Positions 10,338 to 22,146 of a stretch of 24,437 nucleotides of DNA are shown in pieces. The notes beneath the pieces are model-generated. The model had not been told where the DNA came from, searched no databases, and saw nothing but the letters and a program-made list of their open reading frames with translations. Positions within the stretch are counted from its first letter, which is position 1. Every line of letters starts with the position of its first letter. The translations under genes were made by a program, and so were the position numbers. The stretch comes from Moniliella sp. 'wahieum' (taxonomy: Eukaryota): NCBI GenBank assembly GCA_003971905.1, contig RSEE01000078.1:310001-334437 (forward strand), read 5' to 3'.

Positions 10338-10901
10338 CACTCCTGGTATCACCAATTTCACCTGTATACATGTGCAGAGATCCGAAGGATTCCACGGAGG
10401 GTTCTTATACGTTGTACACAGTCCTCGATTTTCATTCGTCCATGCTGAAATCTCGGCCCATGCCCTCGCGTTTACGTGTAGGAGATGCCCCCTGCCCTTC
10501 TTTGATCGTGCTTTACTGCTTATATTGAGCGCACGTCTCGTCGTGGTCGCAACATCGTGCTTGAATGGATGGCAACACAGCTAGATGGTCGAGTAGGGCG
10601 ATGGGCGCCCGTAATTATGGGCTGCTCCAGTGCTGCATCGCAGGAGGACAGTGTGCGGCTGCTAGGGTTGGTCACAGTGCTGAGCTGCGCGCCGGGTCGG
10701 GTCGGACCGGGCTATTTTGTAAGCACGAATGCGCGGGACCAGGCTGGCGCCATGCGGGCGAAGGACGGGCAGGGGGCCAGCGAGCGGGCGCAGGAAGGGC
10801 TTCTCCGGCTCAGCGCTCCCGCTCTCGCTCGGTGCGCCGCCAGCAGCGCAGCCGCCGTCCCACCACCATCGGCATCTGCCTCTTCGCATCGCCTGCTTGC
10901 C

Positions 10902-11461
10902 ATGCTCTCTGCCCTCCGCCAGGCTGCCGCCGCGCCCCGGCCCAGGCGCGTGCCATCCACTCTTCGCCCGCGCCCCACAACGTCGAGGCTTACGTCGCCA
11001 AGGCCAAGGCTGCTGGCCTCAACGTTGCGCGCCAGACCGAGGGTGCGTGTTGTCTCGGTCTCTCTGCTTTTTCCTCCGCACTAACTTGCATTGCTGCACA
11101 GCTGTCGCTCAGCCGGCGTGGTACTATGCCAAGGTGGCTGGTGAGGTGGCCAAGCAGGTGTACCAAGGCCAGGCTTTGGCGCCCCCGACCAGCTTTGCCC
11201 AGATCAAGGCGGCGTACCAGACGTTTTACGCCAATGCTTTCAACATTGGCTGGTGGAACTCGATCGCCGCCAATGGCCAGTGGAAGACGGTGGCGCTGTA
11301 TGGTCTTGAGGCCTACGGCTTCTTCAAGGTGGGAGAGATTGTGCGTAGCCTTTACCCTTTCCTCATAGTCAAGGCTTCAGCAGAAACTGACGTCAATTCA
11401 CCCCCTTGCGCAGATTGGTCGGAGGCACCTTGTGGGCTACAAGGTCGACACTCACCACTAA
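10902..11461 (+). CDS. ATP20: Mitochondrial F1Fo ATP synthase subunit g (3 exons)
   Basis: Exons 10902-11042, 11102-11340, 11414-11461. Protein includes YYAKVAGEVAKQVY...LAPPT...LYGLEAYGFFKVGEI|IGRRHLVGY, with the conserved GxxxG (GEIIG). Introns 11043-11101 (GTGCGT..CTAAC..CAG) and 11341-11413 (GTGCGT..CTGAC..CAG). One base is missing near 10930. Confidence 0.93.
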
Positions 11462-11931
11462 AGAGTGTGTCCCTCGGTCTCCCTTCCTCAGGTGGACAAC
11501 GAGAGAGATACGGCAAAATTGGTCAGCGTGGTCCTTGCATTTATTCGGCCCACCTCGGTGCACCTGCCCCTATCATTCTTTCCCAGACGGGGTCTCTGGG
11601 ATTCCCGTTGCACGCGTCCCTCCCCCCGTTGCCCGGCTTCGACGCCTACCCCAAAGGATGCTCCTGGCGGAATACAGAAGACGGCCATTTGGTTCGAGCC
11701 TTCCATGCCCTCTATATGTGTGCAGCTGCGGCCTCAGATAGCTCAGAAGAAGGATATGTATAGACGTGGTATGGCCGTGAAAACGGAGAGAGGGGAAGAC
11801 GAGAAGCAGACGAGGGAAGGGCGTGTCCGAAGGGAACAGAGAACCTTGCAAAGAGTAGGGAGGGTGTGACTGGCAAAGCAGCGCGTGGAGGAAGGGCAGA
11901 AACAAGCACGGATGCAATGCCATCAGGGTGC

Positions 11932-14900
11932 TTATGCCAGCAAAGCAAAGCTGGCTTTAGAAAAAGGACCACTTGACTTGGGCTGCGAACGCAATGGTAC
12001 CGTCTTGCCCTGGTAGAGATGGAGGAGCGAGTCGAGCTTCTCCTGCACCAGCTCCAGCTTCTCTTTGCGTCCTTGCAGATCCAGGTGATCCCGCACCACC
12101 GGGTTCTCCCGCGCAAACGACTCCACCTCTCCGCGGTTCAACTCCTGGACCAGGCGCGTGTAGCTCGCGCGGGAACTGGTAGAAGAACTCGGCGAGCAAC
12201 TCAATATTGATAAACATGACCGAGGTGTAGGTCAACTTGTCCGCCACTACATTGAGGAACGTCTCGGGGCAGTACGCATCACTTTGTACCCCAGGTCCGG
12301 CCTTGCATCGCTTGGAGCCCAATGACTTTAACCGCCTCTTTAGGATGTCAGCCCGAGCATCGAGGAAAATGGCTTCGCGGGCCTTTCCGAGTAAAGCGGC
12401 GTTATAGTCGGGGCGAAGAGGGTCGTCGGCCTCCACGTCCTCGTCGACGGCAGGAGCAGTGTCTGGGTGGGCCGAACGTTCTTTGATCGCCCGCCAGCGA
12501 GCGGCGGCACGTTGCCGCTGCCGCTCGTCCAACTCCTTCACATGGCTCACCGCTGCATTCAAGCGCGACCTGCCGATCGTGGACCGGAGACGCTTGCCCG
12601 CTTCAGAACACATGTCCAGTTCCCGTTGCAAGAGGGTCATTGCATCGGCGCGTCCCGCGTCCCAGTCCCGATCCTCAATCTCCACTTCGTACTTGAGCGG
12701 CTTGATTGCATTCTCAACCTGATCCGCCGTTAGCGTAAACCGTTCCCGCAGAATGCCCGCCGCCAATGCCTCGATCCGCTCGGCAGTGGACTGGTGGTAC
12801 GCAAACGGCTCGGAAACGAGCAGCCGTTCCAACTGCCCGGATCGCATCCACAACAATCTGAGTGCTGAGCCGACCAATGCCGGCCTTGGTCAGGGCTGAG
12901 GTCGACGCATCCAGCTTGTACGTCCAGTACCGATCCAACGCGGCGTCAATCTTCTCCTTGTCCTCGGCCGTTTTGGGTGGAGGGAGCATCTTGGCATCCC
13001 CTGCGGCGCACAGCTCAAGGGTACGCGTGTCAGACCAGTACATCTGAGCCAAAATGTCGAGAACCTTTTCGTCCAAGGCATGTTTTAGCAGTGCACGGGC
13101 TTGAGGCTTGCCCAGTTGATCGGCAAGTAGCTGGAGACGGTGCTTGAGCGCATCGATCGTTTCGGCAACATACGCCTCGGCCGAGATGGCACGGTCATTG
13201 TACTGCACCTTGAATGCATATGCCGCCTCCTCCAGCTCCATCTGCACCGCCGTTGATACATCTTGCAAACTCGACCCCATGCTCTCTTCCAGCACTGACA
13301 TCAGCCTCCGCCGAAGGGCGTCCGTACCTAGCAGTGGCTCTACGCCAGCGTGCCGCCCCTTAAGCGGTGGCTGGAACGCCACCGCGTTCTGGGCGAAAAA
13401 GTCATCTCTTGTTGTTCCACCGAGCCAGTCAACGACGACACGCCCGACCGCAGATGGCTGCGGGCCAACCGACTCTTAATAGGAGAAACTGGGTTTTTGG
13501 CTACCACACCCACATAGCCCAGCGCAAGAGGGTACCGATTGCCATAAAGAATCGATGCGCCCACTTCGGGGGGAACAAGGTCCATCTTGGTGATCACACC
13601 AATGGTGCGAAGGCCAAGTGGGTCGACCTTACGGCTGGCCCGCAACGCAGGCGAGTTGGCCAAGTCCACATCTGCCGCACAAACCGCGAGGATCACATTG
13701 TTGGTCGAAGGAGCAATGTACTGCTCGCACAGTTTCTCAATCTTTTCCCGCAACTCATCTGGTTGATCCATCCCAGCCACCTGGACGTAGCCGGGCAGGT
13801 CGATCATGCTCAGATCGGGCACGTGGGGTGAGTGGATGTGGAGTTCGATAGGCACGTCCGACACGGCTTGCTCCTTAGGCACAGCCAAGTTCATATCCCG
13901 TAGTGTCTCTTGGATCTGACGGAAGTCACGAATCGGGCCCAAGCCCGTACCAGGGAACTCACCGTACTCCACCACGTCCCCCTTCTTACCCGTCGCCTTG
14001 GTGTGGATCAAGGTCAATTCGATGGGCCGACGGGTAACCATGTTGGATCCCTTGGGCAAAAACTCATGACCCACAATCGCCTCCAGCACCGAGCTCTTGC
14101 CGCTGCTCTGGGAGCCAATCACGACAATCGAGGGAAGAGCAATCTCTTCGCCGGTATGATCAATCGTCTTGAGGATGTTGCGCACCTCGATCAACTGACG
14201 TGTGAGGTGCATCAGACTTGCAGCGCTATCTTCCGAGTCGAAAGCTTCTTCATCATCCTCACCCGCTTGCTCCTCGCCCGATTTGGCAAAAAGAGAGGCA
14301 GCCAACGCAGCTGCTGGGCCTTTGCCCCCAGGCCCAGAGGAAGACGAAGAGGAACCGGAGGAGTTGGCACCTGAGCCAGATTCGTCTGTGCTTCCCAGGC
14401 TTGCAAAGAAGTTGTGCGCCCGCTCACGCATCGAGCTAGCGAGATCAATCCACTCGTCTCGGGCTTCCTGGGCCGCAGTGAAGTCGAGAGAGTCGACCCA
14501 AGCACCAAATTGGGCTTGAGCCTCAGAGGTCCACGCACCAGCTGTACCGATCGCCTGAGCGGCCATACCCTCGGCAAGGAGATAGTACTCCTCCAACCTG
14601 GCACGTGCGTCATCAAGCTTACCACTGGCATAGGTCAAAACCCCAGCCCCTGTGATGCCAAGCGCAGCGGGGAGGCGGAGGAGACGAAAGGCGAAGCGGG
14701 GAACAAAGCGGAAGCTGATTGCGCGCACACTCATGTGTCGCATGACGGGAGATGTGAGCGGAAAGGGTGCACCCATGGGACGTGGGCGGACGGTGAGAAG
14801 CGGGGAACGGGCAGGACGCGCAAAGAAAGCAGATGCGGCGCGCGAAGATGTGGGAGTGGGGCGCAAGGCGCCAAGGCCGACGCCGACGCCACTACGAGCA

Positions 14901-14968
14901 GCGGACACCGACGCAGCCAGGGGCGTACGGGCCGCGCGGGCAGCCAAACGCATTCCCTCAGCACGCAT
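11932..14968 (-). CDS. MGM1: Mitochondrial inner-membrane fusion dynamin-related GTPase (Mgm1/Msp1/OPA1 type)
   Basis: Arg/Ala-rich presequence; TM1 [15 protein letters not shown]; second hydrophobic segment [11 protein letters not shown] followed by an acidic patch; G1 [14 protein letters not shown]3 DLPG, G4 [44 protein letters not shown]. Frameshifts near 13406, 12836 and 12165. Start at ATG 14968 or 14953. Confidence 0.95.
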
Positions 14969-15427
14969 GGGAGCAGGGAATGGCGAGGGCGGCGATGGGG
15001 GCGATGACGGTGGTGGCGGTGGCGGTGGGAACAGACAGCAGAGGTGGCAATTGCTGCTGCAAATACGGTACTCGCCCAGCGCGCAAAACAGCAAAGTGGG
15101 TCGCCATTGAAATTGCACCCGGATCACTGGCCCCATGCTGCGTTGCCCCCTTCGATGATGCAGATGACGCGATGACTGGCCCGTGCGCGCGGCGTCCACC
15201 CAAGGCGCAGGTTATGGTCTCGTGATTCTTCTGTGTCTTCCCGAAGATGAGAGCCGACACAATCCCCCCCTCATATACCGACATCCTCAACTACTTCCAC
15301 ATCGTCGGATGGTGGGATGAAATCCATACATAGCCATGGGAGAAGAACAGACAAAACACGATACGACGGCGCTACATAAGGAAAAGGGCCATGGCACAAC
15401 ATTGGCTCGGATAGCTACCCTGGCGAG

Positions 15428-18400
15428 TTAGGCAAGCCGCAGCGCGTCAACCAGTAGCTGGTCCAATGCTTGGTCCACCTGCTTCAGGTCCTTGTCCATC
15501 TGCAGGTACCGCGCCGAGATGGGGGGAGGCGACACGCCCGTGCCTGCGCCATTGGGCGAGGCCAGGGTGACCACGGTGCTCAGGGGCGGGGCAAATAGAT
15601 GGACAAGCATCGCCTCTGGTCCGCCCATTCCGCCGACTTGTAGCGCTTGCTCGGCCTTGATCGACTGAATGTCGGGCCAGGCGCCGTCCGAGAAGGTGGA
15701 GGACCACCCAAGTGTCGGGGTCATCTCTACCATTCGAGAGATGCGCCGGCTAGTCCCACTAAAGCTGCGCGAGTCGCGCTTGGACAGCGAAACGGCGCTG
15801 CCTGGTCGCACGGACGGGTGAGCAGCCGCGTCCATCACGGCATACAGATGGTCTAGGCTCAGCGGGCCCAGCGTGCTCCCAGCCCCTGAGCGACGACCGG
15901 TCCCATCCGAAGGGGGAGGGGTCGAGATGTCGGTCTTGGTGACACCGCCTTGTGAACTCAAAGTCCGCCGATGACCAACGGATCCGGCCGGCGCAGTGAC
16001 AGGTGTTATGCGACTTGAGATAGGGGACGGAGCAGAAGAGTTGGGCGGGGAAGCAAAGGACGGCGACATCACCTGTTGTGACCGAATCGAGCCTGACCCG
16101 CCCGAATGCGTGACGCGGTGACCGGCGAAGCTGGTGGGCGGGCGTTCCGAACAACAGGGTTGGAGACACTGCGTGTGCTCCCCAATCCAGACATTGGCAC
16201 AGGCGCCGAAGGAGGCGCCGAAGCAGACGCCGAAGCAGACGCAGAGGGAGGCGAGGGGCTCGCCGCCGCTCTTACGGCCGCCACCCCAGCAGCCGCCCCA
16301 GCGGCCAAAGCGCCTGCACCAGCCGCCACAGTCCCGGCGTGCGCGTCCTCCTGACCAGGAGTAGAACTCGGGGCGGGGCTGGCCGAAGTAGAGGTGTATG
16401 CGCCTGGCACATCCAGGACCGACGTGGCAGCAGACCTGTCCTCACCCTGTTTTGCCTCATTTGGTTCCGTCAACAGTTCTCGTGTGCCCGTCCCGGACCC
16501 TGGAAGAGGAGGGCGACGGGGGGTGAGTGGTGCGACAGGTTCCAGAGCAGAAGTGGGGATGTCCACCTCGGTAGCATGATCGGAAATGTGGCCAGAAGGT
16601 AAGGCAGAGCTCTCCTCCTCACCCACATCGCTTTGTGTTGTCATGGCTGCAATCGAAGCAAAGCCCATGTCCTGGGAGGAAGGACGGGGGGACGAGATGC
16701 GTGTCCTCCTCCGTTCCGTCCATCACATGGTCCAGGATGACATTGATATCGTCGCCTTCGTCGTCGTCAGAAGCAAAAGGGTCACGACCTAAGTTGGTGG
16801 GATCCTGGTCAACAGTATTGGCTTCTCGATTCTCTCCCCGTGCCGAGGAAGCAACAGCAGCCGTGCTGGCACCACCGCCGCTTCAAGTGCCAAAGCACGA
16901 GCTTTAGCACGCTGAGCCACGATCATTTCATGTGTCCGCTCTTGCGCCGTGGCGGAATGAGGCTGCTCATTGGAAGCCTGAGTGGGAGGCTGTGGTGCCT
17001 CCTGGCCCAAGGGAGACGAGCTAGAGACTGCCTTGTTAGGGTCCCGCATACTGGTCTCGCTGCTCCCCGCATCCCGCATCATCGAGTCAGAGTAGGTCCG
17101 AACCATATCGAGTTGGCTCCTACGCTGGGCATCGCGCTTGGACGCCAACGCCCGCTCGGTCGGACTCCAAGCCCGAGCGGTACGACTGATGGGTGCACTG
17201 AGGCTCGATTGAATGTGCTGTTGTTGTCGGAGAATAAGGACAGGGTCGGTGTTGCGCATGTCAGCTAGGATGGTGAGCATCGTGCTGCTATCCAAGCTTC
17301 GACGATCCATTCCGCTGGACGAGTCGCGTGCAACGTTGCGAGCAGGGGGCGATGGGAACGCCTCATATACTACCGAGTTGGGGCGAAGGTGCTGCTCGTT
17401 GTCGCCAGTGTCAAGCGTCAAGCCATAAGGGATCGTCACCTCGTCCTCCTCATCACCATGCCGCCTGGTTTCCTCCTCATCTCCTCCTTCAACAACACCT
17501 TGAGGGATACCAAACTTTTCTAGGGCCAGTTCAATCGCTTCGGCAACGGTTGTGGTGCGCGGGATAGTCAGCACCTTTTCTCGATAACGCGGGTTGACAT
17601 CCGATTGACCGCGACTTGTGCTTCCTGAGCTCCCGTGACGGGAAAGGCCGGAGAGCATGGTCCGACGCACAATGGCGGAACTAGATGGGTCAAAGGCGAG
17701 AACGAGGCAGCTCGTCGGGGAAAATGAGGACGCGCACACCGAACCGCATTGCCGCTTCCGTATCCGCTGGCCTAGGTGGCCCTGTAGAAGATGCCGCGAC
17801 CGAATGAGCAGATCCACTGGTTACCATGCCAGGACGAGTTCGGCGCGTGAGAAAGAACTTGACAGCATGGTCGTCGCTGAAGTCATGGTTTAGCTTGGTA
17901 ATGGCCGACTTGGCGCTCAGATTGGATGCGACAGATGATATGGAGCCAACGCTGGAGCGACGGACGGAGGGCATGAGCGCATTAGCCTCGTGCTCAGTAA
18001 TGTGTTCATAAACCTTGAGTGGGACCTCGTCGGGGGCGAGAATACGCTCCTCCCCATCAACCATGCGCATCAGCAGGGCAAAGTCAACCGGCCCATCGGT
18101 ACCAAGGCCGTCTCCGCTCGTACTGGTGGACTGAGCTGAACGACGGCGAATACCAAACCGCTGAACTGCCTGTTTGACGATCTCGTGTGCTGTCGTCGTA
18201 TCGTTGAGAAGGACGGTCTTGTAGTTGCACTGATATCAAGTTCAGGAGCGGCAAAGACGCGCAACACGTTGAGCATCGGCACCGATACGTCGCCTCGAGG
18301 GATAACCAAACTACCGGGCCGAGGCCGTCCGGAACCTGAAGCGGACGGCCCGCCGGACCCGGGCGATGGAACCCCTCCATAGATGGACAAATGACGGCTA

Positions 18401-20447
18401 TTGTCAGGCTGCAAGGACGTCCGCGGCGATCGGGTGGCACGGCGCCTTCCGATGGGGCTGTCGAAATGCTCATCTGCGGGGCGTCATGGGAGTTTGACAC
18501 ACTGATGGAAGGCAGCTGGGCCGGCCCATCGCCCGAATCTGTTTCTTGAGACTGCAGGCTCCCCGACGAGGAAGCTTGGCTTGCACGGCGTTCCTTCTTA
18601 TGCCGGGAGAAGATCCCAAACACGCTGGACCGCTTTTTGTTCTGTTTTCGGCATTGGACGACCCTGAGCCTGTGTCCGAGATCACAGAACCAATGCTGTC
18701 GCGAGAACGCATACCAACTTCCTGGCTCGGTGAAGTCTCCCGCGGATCGGGGGAGAAACGTGCCCCAGCATCTGATTGTCCGGGAGGGTAAAGCTCTCGC
18801 CTCCAGTACTGGCTTGGGCTCGCCCTCTTGCGCGAGCTGTGAGGTCAAATCCGTAGACTGCTGCTGCTGCTGTTGCTGCATCTGTTGCTGCTGCGTCTGT
18901 TGTTGCTGATTCCACTGGAAGTATTGCTGCTGGGACAATTCCGTAGGCTGCAGCTGTTGTTGTTGGTGCTGCTGCGTTTGTTGCTGCTGCGGTTGTTGCT
19001 GCTGCGGTTGTTGCTGCTGATGTTGCTCGAAATATTGCTGCTGCTGGGGCCATGGGAGTTGGATACCTTCTTGAGCCAACAAGGTTTGCTGCTGCTCCTG
19101 TTGAGCGTAGTGCTCCTGTTCATGAGAGAGCTCAGGGTGCGCATCCTGAGCGGAATTTTGGAGCGCATACGGACCCTGGGTGTAATCCACCCCACCCGTT
19201 TGGTAAAGCTGAGCACTGCTGTCCGAGTCGCGGCTCGTATCGGGCACTTGGCCATATGCAGCATAGTGGGCGAGTTGCTGTTGTTGCTCCAAGTAAGCAT
19301 TGTGATGTTGCTGTTGCAAGATCATACGCTGTTCAGGCGTCAAATTGTCCATCTCGGACACATCTCTCGCATCAGCTTCTCCCCCGCCCTCCATCTCGTT
19401 TTCATCTTCGTTTTCGTGTTCATCTTCCTCCTCGTTTCCTTCCTGTCGTCGTAGTAACCCTCCTCATCCGACTCGGACCATTCCTCGTGATCACTCAGCT
19501 CAAGCACGGTCGAGTTGCCAAACATAACGGTTGACTTGCGTCGATCGGACAAGGGTGTGGGCATCTGCCCAGCCAATCGGGTTGAGAGCGCCGATAGCTT
19601 GCCCGAGGAAGGGTGGAGTTGGACGCGGTGCTCCCGGGTCTTGACCAAATACGAAGAGTGAACGTTCTCCTCTACTTGCACCTGGTCCGCCGCTGTCGCC
19701 GAAGAGAGGCCGACGTTACGATGCTTGTTGAGGCGGGCCAGACGCTCAAAAGGACTCTCAATGTTTTCGGCAGGGATGTAGCCGACTTCCTGAGTGGGTA
19801 AGACCCGCACTAGCCACCTGGGTAAAACAAACGCGTCAGCACAACGAACGGTAGTGGTCCAGCAGGTTCCACCTACCAGTACGAATTCGAGTCGTCGAGT
19901 AGCCTCAGGCTGTTTCCCTTTTGCACCGTCGCTTGGCCCTCGACGGTAGCAATAAAGTTGTGCAGGGCATAAACCAAATCAAAGTCAATGTTCTCGTCCG
20001 GGATGGAAGGGGGAGGAAGAAAGGTCGTCGTCCTCGTCATAGTCGGCGTCGTCGTCGATTTCATCTTCATCTTCGTAGTCATACTCGCCGCCGGCATACT
20101 GGGCAGCATACTGGGGGTCGTAGTCACCCACATATTCATCCGGAGTAAGTTCCATGCTAGTGTCCATGCGGGGGTCCACGCCAGTCATGGTCGTGGCCTG
20201 GGGATCGAGGGTAGAGACATAGTTGGCATGGACTTCACCACCAGAGCGGGGTTCTGGGCATACGCGTGGGCGCTCTGGTCTGCGAGGGAAATGGGATCGA
20301 GTTGGGCGTGCAGGCCAGCCTGGGCCTGGAGAGCAGCACCTTGGCGGCCTGGTTGTGGGCGCCAAGCTGGGCGGCTTGGGCAGTGTCGAGGGTGAGTCCA
20401 TATGCCTGGGGCTGACCAGCAGCGGGGGCAGTGGCAGCCGAAGCCAT
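15428..20447 (-). CDS. tea4: SH3 plus Ras-association-like polarity scaffold, Tea4/Bud14 family; multiple assembly frameshifts
   Basis: SPSIPDENIDFDLVYALHNFIATVEGQA...LLDDSNSYW|WLVRV...GYIPAENIESPFERLARLNKHRN is the Tea4/Bud14 SH3 signature. RA-like segments LRVFA...KTVLLN and REKVLTIPRTTTVAEAIELALEKFGI. C-terminal helix MDKDLKQVDQALDQLL. Start at caccATGg 20447 is inferred. Confidence 0.85.
18858..19046 (-). repeat. CAG/CAA-rich polyglutamine-coding tract within the Tea4-like gene
   Basis: Encodes QQQQYFEQHQQQQPQQQQPQQQQTQQHQQQQLQP...QQQQTQQQQMQQQQQQQ. Confidence 0.9.
19818..19876 (-). other. Spliceosomal intron (59 nt) splitting the SH3 WW motif
   Basis: GTAGGT donor, GCTGAC branch point, CCCAG acceptor. 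Joins SY-W-WLVRV in frame. Confidence 0.92.
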
Positions 20448-21163
20448 GGTGTGGTGGCAGCGGCTCGGAGCAGGCAGCTGCGATGGTGGTGGTGTGGTGG
20501 TAGCTGGCCAATGGCGCTCCACGGCGGAAAGCGCGACGTGACCGGACTGGTTTGGAGGCACTCGGCAGCCAACTCGGACACTGGCACACTGTCCCCAGGC
20601 CTCACCTGTCCCATTCCGCTCTCTGCTCTCTGACCGTTGTTCCGCCAGCCGGCCCTGTCACGCGTCACGTGCCACCCTAGCTCCCGGCCCATATCACACT
20701 AGTCCCTGCGGCTCGTCTCTTCCCCCCTGGAGTTTGGAGTGCTCAATCCAGAAGCATCCGACATGGGCGAGGGCCCAGTTAGATGGGACCAAGCAAGTGG
20801 ATAGCAGACGTCAACGCAGAGCCAGGTGCAGACAACTGAGGGGGGAGATCCAAACGAAGACAAAGCTACACCCCCCTGTGGTGGTTGTCTGTCACATGTG
20901 CCTACCAAGAAGCCAGTGGCCGCACCCACGTTCAACGTGCATGATGAAGGAACGCAGGAACACAGAATGGAAAGTGAATGATAGGAGCTGGATGCATCAC
21001 CAGTGCTGGCCACTGCGGTCGAAATGACTGCAAGGAAGAGAAAACCAAATATTATGGCATTGCAGATACGGTGGTATGGCCCCCCACCTAGGTGTACGTC
21101 TGTGTACAGGAGGCGAGGGGCGAGGGGCAGCGGGGAAGATGAGCACCGGATGCTGGTGTCCGT

Positions 21164-21684
21164 CTAGGCACTGCCCGGGGCTTTGACCACCGCGGCAACA
21201 CACTCAATTTCAATGCTAACGTCGAGAGGAAGACGTGCGACCTCGACAGCAGAGCGGGCAGGCTTGTGGCCTTCAAAAGCCTAATGTGGGGAAACATGAA
21301 GTCAGTATGAGGGATGGTACTAAGCATGCAAGCAATCGGGGTGAGGCAGAGAAATATCCCATGCACGCACCTGCTCATATACAGCATTGATTCGCTTAAA
21401 GTGTTCCATGTTCTTGATGAACACCGTCGTCTTTAGCACCGACGACTTTTCTGCCCCAGCGGCCTTAAGCACAGCAAACAAGTTTTTGAACACCTGCTCC
21501 GTCTGCTTCTCAATCACTCCAGGGGCTGAAGCATCTCCCTCGCCACCATCGACCAATTTGCCGGTCTGTGGGTCGAGCGGAATGCAGCCGGAAACATAGG
21601 CAGTCTGAGTGGCCTCGTGCACAATGACTTGGGATAGGGACCCAAAGCGGCTGGTGCGTCAGGGGTACTGTAGGCGGTAGGCAT
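21164..21684 (-). CDS. RidA/YjgF/YER057c/UK114 family enamine-imine deaminase (Mmf1/Hmf1-like)
   Basis: APAALGPYSQ (after restoring one T at about 21634), YVSGCIPLDP, QTEQVFKNL, VLKTTVFI, PARSAVEVARLP...IEIE with the catalytic Arg present. Intron 21281-21370 (GTGCGT..CTGAC..TAG). Stop TAG at 21164-21166. Confidence 0.93.
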
Positions 21685-22037
21685 GGTGGGAAAGAGGGTG
21701 GATGGCACGACCAACAAACAGTGATGGGTGGGTGGGCAGTCAGGCAAGCCTTCTTTCTGATCGACCAGAGCAGAGTGGGATGCATGAGGCCGGGCCGTGC
21801 GCCGGACATGTGTTGCACCGAAGAGAGACACGCTGTCGGAGCTCCCAGCACACGCCCTGGGACTAGCTGACTTGACAAGGCCAAGATAAAGGGGATCAGT
21901 CATAGGTCACAGGCTAGCACGGCCTGGTCAGGACTCCTTCCTATCCCATTCAGAGTATCCATTAATCAGCTACCGTCCATCACTTTGAGGAGAAATTCAG
22001 AGCTAGTGAACTTGACTTGATGGAGCAAAACGGCAAG

Positions 22038-22044
22038 AAAAAAA
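22038..22044 (-). terminator. RNA polymerase III terminator (T7) downstream of tRNA-Arg
   Basis: Run of 7 T on the minus strand, about 21 nt past the tRNA 3' end. Confidence 0.75.
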
Positions 22045-22065
22045 GAATGGACGCCCGTGTCGGGT

Positions 22066-22146
22066 CGAACGACGCAGGGGTCGAACCTGCAACCTCCTGA
22101 TTACAACCAGTCGTAGTCAGACGCGCTACCATTGCGCCAGCCGTCC
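22066..22146 (-). tRNA. tRNA-Arg(ACG) with a 9-nt intron at canonical position 37/38
   Basis: Folds as GGACGGC TG GCGC AATGGTA GCGC G TCTGA CT-ACG-A [CTGGTTGTA] A TCAGG AGGTT GCAGG TTCGACC CCTGC GTCGTTC G. All four stems pair, and A-box and B-box are present. Anticodon 22112-22114; intron 22102-22110. Confidence 0.95.

Noticed and set aside
10557..11763. 344-aa and 267-aa ORFs spanning ATP20
   Set aside because: They read through introns and UTRs. The spliced three-exon model explains the conserved parts.
14969..15199. N-terminal extension of MGM1 in the 619-aa ORF
   Set aside because: It would mask the Arg/Ala-rich presequence. The poly-Pro part derives from a C-rich 5' UTR-like tract.
18873..19454. 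Poly-Leu 'membrane protein' ORF on the + strand
   Set aside because: It is the antisense reading of the CAG/CAA polyQ tract.
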